Below, piece by piece: positions 28,192-35,024 of a stretch of DNA of 37,725 nucleotides. The stretch lies in NCBI GenBank assembly GCA_964003275.1, contig CAXFJI010000001.1, positions 1 to 37,725 on the forward strand. The letters run 5' to 3'. Positions within the stretch are counted from its first letter, which is position 1; each line of letters begins with the position of its first letter. The translations under genes and the position numbers were made by a program. Origin of the DNA: an uncultured Planctomycetaceae bacterium. GTDB taxonomy: Bacteria; Planctomycetota; Planctomycetia; Pirellulales; UBA1268. Under the pieces are notes generated by a model. That model searched no databases, had not been told where the DNA came from, and saw nothing but the letters and a program-made list of their open reading frames with translations.

Positions 28192-28475
28192 GCTCGACGC
28201 TCGCACGTCTTTGGCAGGACATCCAGTAGTTTGATAATATTCTTAGTCTACTTAAGTGAGTTGAGTGTCAGTTTGTTCCCTGACCAATTCTGCGAAAGTC
28301 TGATTCACTTGAACTCAAACGGTCACGTCGGACTGGGACTGCTCATATGTGTGCTATGACAGTGCAATTGTCCGTATTTATGAAACTCCTGTATTGTTGG
28401 CAAAACATATTCTTCCAGATGGTTTTTGATCACTCAGTATCACGTACAACTTATTAGCTCAAGTTCGCAGACAAA

Positions 28476-29933
28476 ATGCTTGCATTTCCTCAACGTATTG
28501 TTTTCATTGGATTTGGTTCTGTTGCTCGCTGTACGCTTCCTATTCTGTTTGAGCACATCGCGATTGCTCCAGATCGAGTCACCATCGTAGATTTTAATCC
28601 TGCGGAGCCACAACTTCAGCCATGGCTCGCTCGCGGCGTTCATCTGATTAAAGATCGCATTACGCGAGAGAGTATTGAGCGGATCTTAGGTCTATTGCTG
28701 TCGCCGGGGGATTTGCTGATTGACTTAGCGTGGAATATTCACTCTGGCGAAGTGATTGATTGGTGTCATCACAAAGGTGTGATGTATATCAATACAGCTG
28801 TTGAATTATGGGATCCATATGATTTTCCGAATGGTACGCATCCGACAGAACTCACACTGTACTCTCGTCACATGGAGTTGAGACAGATTCGTGACCGTTG
28901 GAAAGAAGTAGGACCGACAACTGTGGTTGAACATGGAGCAAACCCAGGACTGATAAGTCACTTCACAAAGCAAGGCCTTCTTGATATAGCAGACGCGTGT
29001 CTTATTGAAAAGCATTTCATCGGCCAGCAGGCTGAATATATTTCAGAATATAAAAGAAAGAATGCCTTTCACAATCTTTCACAAGCCTTAGGAGTAAAGG
29101 TCATTCATTGCAGTGAACGAGACACGCAAATCACAGCGGTGCCCAAAGAAGTCGATGAGTTTGTGAATACTTGGAGCGTGGAAGGCTTTCGTGAAGAAGG
29201 CACAATGACAGCGGAGTTGGGTTGGGGAACGCACGAAAAAGAGACGCCGGCATTTGCCTACGATCATCAACAAGGACCAGGAGGACAAATTTGCCTGGCA
29301 CGGATGGGCATTAATACCTGTATACATAGTTGGGTGCCACATCACACAATTGTTGGAATGGTTGTTCGACACGGTGAGGCATTTACGATTACAGATCACC
29401 TGACTGTTTGGAAAGATGGAAAAGCTACGTATAGGCCAACAGTCTGCTACGCCTATTGTCCAAGCGATTCAGCCATAGCAAGTCTATGGGAGTTAAGGTC
29501 TCGTAATTATAAAATTCAACCTCGCGAGCGAATTTTATACGATGAGATTACAAGTGGTTCTGATGTTTTGGGCGCTTTAATTATGGGTCACCCACTCAAA
29601 AGTTGGTGGTGTGGATCAGACTTATCCATTGAGGAATCTCGTCGGCTTGTTCCTGGCCAAAATGCTACAACGATGCAAGTTGCGATATCAGTTGTTGCTG
29701 TTGCCATGTGGATGATTGAGAATCCAACAAGAGGTTTTCTCGTACCGGATGATATACCACATGATGCCATTCTCAGAGTCGCACGACCGTATCTTGGTAA
29801 TTTTATTTCTATTTCAAGTGATTGGACACCACTTAGGTATTACGAAAATGCATTCAAGGGCTACAATGCTCCACAACAAGATCTAGAAGATGTGTGGCAG
29901 TTCAAGAATTTTTTGATTAATGATGGAGACTGA
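28476..29933 (+). CDS. hss: Bacterial-type homospermidine synthase
   Basis: Collinear by recall with Blastochloris viridis HSS: IVFIGFGSVARCTLP, HGANPGLISHF, FVNTWSVEGF, AELGWGTHE, YRPTVCYAY, SIEESRRLVPGQNAT, DVWQFKNFL. Length 485 aa. Confidence 0.9.
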   Translation: MLAFPQRIVFIGFGSVARCTLPILFEHIAIAPDRVTIVDFNPAEPQLQPWLARGVHLIKDRITRESIERILGLLLSPGDLLIDLAWNIHSGEVIDWCHHKGVMYINTAVELWDPYDFPNGTHPTELTLYSRHMELRQIRDRWKEVGPTTVVEHGANPGLISHFTKQGLLDIADACLIEKHFIGQQAEYISEYKRKNAFHNLSQALGVKVIHCSERDTQITAVPKEVDEFVNTWSVEGFREEGTMTAELGWGTHEKETPAFAYDHQQGPGGQICLARMGINTCIHSWVPHHTIVGMVVRHGEAFTITDHLTVWKDGKATYRPTVCYAYCPSDSAIASLWELRSRNYKIQPRERILYDEITSGSDVLGALIMGHPLKSWWCGSDLSIEESRRLVPGQNATTMQVAISVVAVAMWMIENPTRGFLVPDDIPHDAILRVARPYLGNFISISSDWTPLRYYENAFKGYNAPQQDLEDVWQFKNFLINDGD

Positions 29934-29949
29934 GACGAGGAGAGCATAT

Positions 29950-31344
29950 ATGTCTAATGAACGTAATAAAGTATCCGATAAGCAAGCATCTGTACCGTTG
30001 TGGATTGATGGTTTGCTTGCATCCGGTCTTCCGCGAAATGTTTTTCCTGAAGGTGCCGCAAACGCAGATACCGTTTGCGATGTACTGACTGAAGAACTGT
30101 TGCTCGATGGGAACAGTAAACAGAATCTTGCAACGTTTTGTCAGACATGGGAAAGCCCTCAGGTTCATAAGTTGATGGATCTGGCGATTGATAAAAATCT
30201 TATTGATAAGGATGAGTATCCTCAGACGGCAGAGATTGAGCAGCGATGTGTCGCTATCCTCTCGGATCTATGGAATGCGCCAGGACAGCCGGTTGGCTGC
30301 TCAACAGTAGGCTCAAGTGAAGCTGCAATGTTGGGCGGGATGGCAGCCAAGTGGAGGTGGCGAGATCGTCAGAAAACAGCAGGGAAGCCAACAGATCGTC
30401 CCAATATGGTGTGTGGAAGCGTTCAAATTTGCTGGAAAAAGTTTGCCCGTTATTGGGATATTGAAATGCGGGAAGTAGAGATGAAGCAAGGTCGTCTCTG
30501 TATGGAGCCCGATGATGTGCTAGCACAGGTTGATGAGAATACTATTTTTGTTGTACCGACACTTGGTGTGACATATCACGGACTTTATGAGGACGTTGCT
30601 GGCATTGCAACTGCCCTCGATGACCTGCAGAAGCGAACCGGGTTGGATGTACCAATCCATGTTGATGCAGCAAGTGGTGGGTTTGTTGCTCCATTCACTG
30701 ATCCGGAACATGAGCTTTGGGATTTTCGTCTTCCCCGAGTCAAGTCGATTAATGCGTCTGGCCATAAGTTTGGACTGGCCCCTCTTGGAGTTGGGTGGGT
30801 GCTCTGGAGGGAGCCTCAGGATCTCCCAGATGACTTGGTTTTCCATGTGAGTTATTTGGGTGGGGATATGCCGACATTTCAAATCAACTTTTCTCGACCA
30901 GCAGGGCAAGTGATTGCACAGTATTTTAATTATGTGCGACTTGGCCGAATTGGTTATTCAACTATTCACAACGAGGCACACGCTGTCGCTCAGTGGTGTG
31001 CAAAAAAAATCTCTGCAATTGATGGGTTTGAAATTATTCATGATGGAAATCCAAAACATGGCATTCCGACTGTTGTGTGGACGCTTGCAGCTGATGCAAA
31101 CAAACCATATACACTCTACGATCTTGCTGACCGTTTACGCATGCGAGGATGGCAAGTACCCGCCTATCCATTTACCGGAGAGCTTGCACAACAAGGATTT
31201 CAACGAATTCTTGTGAAGCGAGATTTCAATCGGGAAATGGCTGATATCCTTATGCAGGATATGCAGCAGGCCATTGAGTATCTTGAAACGCATCCAACCA
31301 GAACTCCACGTTTACAGGCACAGGGTGGATACAACCACATGTGA
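29950..31344 (+). CDS. gadB: Glutamate decarboxylase (GadA/GadB-type, PLP-dependent group II)
   Basis: Collinear by recall with E. coli GadB: LLLDGNSKQNLATFCQTW, HKLMDLAIDKNLIDKDEYPQ, GSSEAAMLGGMAAKWRWR, VQICWKKFARYWD. The PLP-Lys motif is SINASGHKFGLAPLGVGWVLWR. Also INFSRPAGQVIAQY and the C-terminal ...GGYNHM. GAGGAG lies before the ATG at 29950. Confidence 0.92.
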   Translation: MSNERNKVSDKQASVPLWIDGLLASGLPRNVFPEGAANADTVCDVLTEELLLDGNSKQNLATFCQTWESPQVHKLMDLAIDKNLIDKDEYPQTAEIEQRCVAILSDLWNAPGQPVGCSTVGSSEAAMLGGMAAKWRWRDRQKTAGKPTDRPNMVCGSVQICWKKFARYWDIEMREVEMKQGRLCMEPDDVLAQVDENTIFVVPTLGVTYHGLYEDVAGIATALDDLQKRTGLDVPIHVDAASGGFVAPFTDPEHELWDFRLPRVKSINASGHKFGLAPLGVGWVLWREPQDLPDDLVFHVSYLGGDMPTFQINFSRPAGQVIAQYFNYVRLGRIGYSTIHNEAHAVAQWCAKKISAIDGFEIIHDGNPKHGIPTVVWTLAADANKPYTLYDLADRLRMRGWQVPAYPFTGELAQQGFQRILVKRDFNREMADILMQDMQQAIEYLETHPTRTPRLQAQGGYNHM

Positions 31345-31348
31345 GATC

Positions 31349-31843
31349 ATGTTGGATGACCTTTCAAGTCTCATTTCACAACTACATTCGAACGACTCAT
31401 CGATTCGTGCATCAGCCGCAGAGTCGATATGCCATTTAGGCGCTGATGCCTTGCCAGCAACTATTGCATTGGTGGAAGCGTGTGCCGATAAGAATAGCGA
31501 TGTACGTGAATGGGCTGTGGCAGCGCTGGAAGATATTGGACCGCCGTCCACGGCATCTATTCCACACCTTACCTTGATGATTGGTGATACAGATCCGCTT
31601 GTGGAGTACTGGGTAATTACGTTGCTCGGGAGGTGTAGAGAAAATGCAATGAATGCAGTTCCAGATCTCATAGCAAGCATTGATTCCAAAAAAGATCTCG
31701 CTGTTCGTCAGCGGGCGTTATGGGCTCTTTGCAAAATAAGACCACCTCTTGTGGTAGTTCAGGATGTTTTGGAAAAGGTTGCTGGTCATGACGATCCACG
31801 GCTATCTGATATGGCTCGACGGGTCATCTTGAGTCTGAAGTAA
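31349..31843 (+). CDS. Small HEAT-repeat (PBS-lyase HEAT-like) protein
   Basis: 164 aa with four repeats of the type D..(I/V)R..A...L..(I/L)G: SSIRASAAESICHLG, SDVREWAVAALEDIG, LVEYWVITLLGRC, LAVRQRALWALCKI. The ATG lies 4 nt after the gad stop. Confidence 0.7.
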   Translation: MLDDLSSLISQLHSNDSSIRASAAESICHLGADALPATIALVEACADKNSDVREWAVAALEDIGPPSTASIPHLTLMIGDTDPLVEYWVITLLGRCRENAMNAVPDLIASIDSKKDLAVRQRALWALCKIRPPLVVVQDVLEKVAGHDDPRLSDMARRVILSLK

Positions 31844-31870
31844 GAATACTAACTTCTGGGTAACGGCCCG

Positions 31871-31900
31871 CTTCCCTGCCGATATATCAGGCACGGGAGG
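31871..31900 (+). promoter_or_regulatory. Stem-loop (10 bp, one bulge) whose 3' arm contains the Shine-Dalgarno sequence of the DNase I-like gene
   Basis: CTTCCCTGCC (31871-31880) pairs with GGCACGGGAGG (31890-31900). C31894 is bulged, there is one G-U pair, and the loop is GATATATCA. GGGAGG (31895-31900) is the SD for the GTG start at 31906. No U-tract follows, so it is not a classical terminator. Confidence 0.4.
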
Positions 31901-31905
31901 TAGGA

Positions 31906-33096
31906 GTGTCGAAGAAAAAAAAATCCAAGAAAAGAAGATCATCATCATCCCTTAAGTCGATGTGGCTTGCGCTCACAACCATTGTTTCGATCATCGGAGG
32001 GACCGGTGTGTCAGGATGGGTCAACCCCAAGCTGCCAGTCATTGGTCCCATTGTGACGGCAGTTGTTTCAATGGCAGTGAACAGTTCGCATGCAGCGCCA
32101 CCTGGGATTCAAAATAATTCCATGCAGCAAGCACCATCTCCTGTACAGGTGCGCAGTGGATGGAGCGGTACAGTGTCGCAGTGGGTTGGGGCATCATCTT
32201 CTATACCAGTTCAGCCACATCAACCACTTCCTGCACAGAACGCACCTGTAGCATCACGGTTAGGCTCAGGCACTCCACTCGCTGTACCCGTTCAAAATCA
32301 GACGACCCTGCATGGTAAGCCGACTGACGCTGTTCTCATATGCAGTTTTAATATTCAAGTTTTTGGTGAATCAAAACTTGGAAAACCAGATGTCGTCAAT
32401 GTATTGACGCAAGTTGTACGCATGTTTGATATCGTTGCCATTCAAGAAGTTCGAGCAAAATCAGACTCTATTGTGCCAACATTTGTGCAAGCAGTGAATG
32501 CAGACGGCAGTCAATATCATTGGGTCATTGGACCAAGGCTTGGACGTACATCAAGTAAAGAACAATATACATTCGTTTATGATACTACTCGTGTTGAGGT
32601 GGATTCTACGACACTTGGGACAGCTCCGAACCCAAAGGATTTACTTCATCGTCCACCGATGTTTGCACGATTTCGAACACGTGCGAGTCCACCGGAAGCA
32701 GCATTTTCATTTTGGTTAGTTGATATCCACACTGATCCTGACGAAGTGCCACAGGAAGTCGATGCATTAGCGGATGTATTTGTTGCTATGCAGCAAGCAC
32801 GATCGGATGAGGATGATGTCATTCTCTTGGGAGATTTGAATGCTGCACCAAAACAGTTTGGTCGTATAGCGACAATCCCAAACATTACATGGGCAGTGTC
32901 GGGTACAACGACAAACACTCGTCGGAGCAAGACATATGACAATATTGTTTTTAGCCAGCTTGCCACGAGGGAATATCAGGGAAGGTGGGGGGTCCTCGAT
33001 TTACAAAGTACGTTTGGACTATCTCTTGATGCGGCATTAAGGGTCTCTGACCATAACCCTGTATGGGCCTCATTTTCACCGTGGGAAGTACGTTAG
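31906..33096 (+). CDS. Membrane-anchored DNase I-like endonuclease (endonuclease/exonuclease/phosphatase superfamily)
   Basis: GTG start. The N-terminus is [15 protein letters not shown] followed by the TM helix [21 protein letters not shown] and a Pro/Gln-rich linker. The catalytic domain is collinear by recall with bovine DNase I: [65 protein letters not shown]. Confidence 0.85.
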   Translation: [396 protein letters not shown]

Positions 33097-33100
33097 GCTG

Positions 33101-33472
33101 CTATGATCCAAGACGTATACCAGCCCAGACGGCCAAGACACCCAGTGTATTCGTTGAGAGCATATACAATAAGGCAAACCCTATTCGTCCATCGCTGACC
33201 AGTTGAGCTGATTGAAAGGCAAAGCTTGAGTATGTTGTAAATCCCCCTAGCAGTCCAATAAGTAAGACAAGTTCATATTCTGTCGGTAAGGTATTGACGC
33301 GTGCGAGCGCCGCGATTCCGCCGAATGCAAAGGAACCCAGAATATTCACCACAAATGTGCCCCATAGGCCTGTTCCTAGGCACCACACAGAGAGAGTGGT
33401 GCAACCTGCTCGAAGTAAAGTGCCAATGGCGCCTGCGCCCCCGATGAGCAAGGCATTGATAATTAGGGACAT
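33101..33472 (-). CDS. crcB: Fluoride ion channel CrcB/FluC
   Basis: 123 aa with four TM helices. Motifs: GGAGAIGTLLR, GTFVVNILGSFAFG, GGFTTYSSFAFQS. GGGAG lies 7 nt before the ATG. Confidence 0.9.
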   Translation of the reverse strand: MSLIINALLIGGAGAIGTLLRAGCTTLSVWCLGTGLWGTFVVNILGSFAFGGIAALARVNTLPTEYELVLLIGLLGGFTTYSSFAFQSAQLVSDGRIGFALLYMLSTNTLGVLAVWAGIRLGS

Positions 33473-33584
33473 AGAACGACTCCCGGGTAACTTGGGTAAC
33501 TGAGTAAAGATAAAACCAAATTCAGCCTACGTGCGTATAGTTCAACGAGTCTCAAGTAAAGCAACAACCAAGGAGGGTTGAATC

Positions 33585-33719
33585 ATGGATCCACATTTCA
33601 ATGAGTATTTGTCAGCAGTGCAATGCATGCAAGAAATGTATGGTGAGACAGCAGAAGATGTGCCCAGTGAATTTCAACAGGAACGAGTTGTCGAGGTATC
33701 AGAAGCAGTCATAAGCTAG
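33585..33719 (+). CDS. Candidate small ORF (44 aa, acidic) with a near-consensus Shine-Dalgarno sequence
   Basis: AAGGAGGG (33570-33577) lies 7 nt before the ATG at 33585. The protein is MDPHFNEYLSAVQCMQEMYGETAEDVPSEFQQERVVEVSEAVIS, with a TAG stop at 33717-33719. It is below the 60-aa cutoff of the ORF track. I recognise no homology. Confidence 0.35.
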   Translation: MDPHFNEYLSAVQCMQEMYGETAEDVPSEFQQERVVEVSEAVIS

Positions 33720-33794
33720 CAGTGCATGCAACGACTGTAAAAAGCTCAATCCCGCCGAAGAGACCATCTATCGAACTCACATTGAATCTGTTTC

Positions 33795-34988
33795 CTACTC
33801 ATTGTGAGGTTGCAGGTTGTGGTGGGTTTGATAATGTTGCTGAAGAAGATCTTTGCCATAATCGTTCCCATTTGGTGTACGAATGACAGCATGAATATGA
33901 TCACGAGAAGGCTCCTGAGATCGGAACGGAGCTACTCGACGTTGATGATCAAACTCAATGAGAAGAACGGGGCTGTGAATTCGGTAGTAGAAAACGCCAT
34001 CCTTTTGGGTGTCACCAATCCATGCAAAATACGTTTCATCAAGATGCTTTTTCACTTCATCCATTTTTATCTTCGCATGGCCTTTTCGAAGAGTGCCGAT
34101 GTACTCCTCAATGACATCAAGAAGGAAAGTTTTTTGTTTTTCATTCAGCCTTTCAGCTGGTATGCCCGCATAGTCGAGATCAAGATTATCTTGGTAGGCC
34201 TGTGCCAGTGCATTATTTCCAAGCTTGGACGTTGAAAGGATAGCTTCTTTCTTCTGTTCATCAGTGAGTGACGCTACAAGTGCGAATCCTTTGTTCTGTT
34301 CCTGCTGCATTACAGATGTTCCTCGAAATCGTCCTGTTATCGCATGAACTGGCTCACTCCCGATAAAGACAGGGGACATCACTACCTGATCCCCCAAGAC
34401 AAAATAGTTGATCACAAGATGATGGCCATCAATTTGCCATCCCCATGGTTCAGTCAGTGAAGGAGTTCCCATGATTGTGATCCAGTAAAGCCATTCTCCA
34501 TATTCATCAAAGTTTTCCGCAAGTTCGGCGAGGGTGCCATTGAGTTTCATGATGTCTTGCGATTGCTTCAGGCCTTTTGCACTCAGGCTGGCCTTGAGGA
34601 GACCAAAGGCTAATGTGCGTTGTTGATCTGACATGTCATTAAATCCAACACCTTGTCTTTTCATAAAATGTCGGTTGTCCCAGAGTTGCCATTCCTTATC
34701 ATCGATTGGAAAAAGAGTAAGCCTTCTTTGTTCTTCAGAAAGGCCATCAAGGAATAGCTGAGCTGCTTCAACGATAGGCTTTGTGCTGACGCCGGTAGAG
34801 GCAATGTTGAACAAGCCTTCCTGCTTCGCACCACCTGCAAAAATCCCACGATAGGGCTGCACTGTCATATTTCTATTTCCACGGCGTGGACGGCGTGACG
34901 GCGGTTGTGCAAAGGCGGCAGCATCGGCGGCGATGATCACAAGAAGCGTGCACGTGAAAAATAAATACTTTTGCATTTTTGAATCCAT
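33795..34988 (-). CDS. DUF3500 family protein, secreted
   Basis: The signal peptide is QKYLFFTCTLLVIIAADAAAFAQ. The characteristic C-terminal block is FYYRIHSPVLLIEFDHQ...DHIHAVIRTPNGNDYG. It starts 36 nt downstream of the DUF1501 gene on the same strand. Confidence 0.75.
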   Translation of the reverse strand: MDSKMQKYLFFTCTLLVIIAADAAAFAQPPSRRPRRGNRNMTVQPYRGIFAGGAKQEGLFNIASTGVSTKPIVEAAQLFLDGLSEEQRRLTLFPIDDKEWQLWDNRHFMKRQGVGFNDMSDQQRTLAFGLLKASLSAKGLKQSQDIMKLNGTLAELAENFDEYGEWLYWITIMGTPSLTEPWGWQIDGHHLVINYFVLGDQVVMSPVFIGSEPVHAITGRFRGTSVMQQEQNKGFALVASLTDEQKKEAILSTSKLGNNALAQAYQDNLDLDYAGIPAERLNEKQKTFLLDVIEEYIGTLRKGHAKIKMDEVKKHLDETYFAWIGDTQKDGVFYYRIHSPVLLIEFDHQRRVAPFRSQEPSRDHIHAVIRTPNGNDYGKDLLQQHYQTHHNLQPHNE

Positions 34989-35024
34989 ATGATGTATCTG
35001 GAAAAGGAAGAGAATCCGATAACC

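Noticed and set aside
31349-31843. The HEAT-repeat protein next to a homospermidine synthase as a deoxyhypusine-hydroxylase (DOHH)-like di-iron enzyme
   Set aside because: DOHH has eight HEAT repeats with four His-Glu metal-binding motifs. This protein has about four repeats, and the equivalent positions read SAAE, REWA, VEYW and RQRA, with no His-Glu pairs. Bacterial HSS is also not homologous to deoxyhypusine synthase.
33473-33584. Expected fluoride (crcB-motif) riboswitch in the crcB 5' leader
   Set aside because: The minus-strand sequence lacks the conserved GAUG P1 element, the AAC(C/U)GCC segment and the CUGAUGA..CCU 3' element. Only a short GGCUGA resemblance is present. I therefore do not annotate it as an RNA element. 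A covariance-model scan would settle it.
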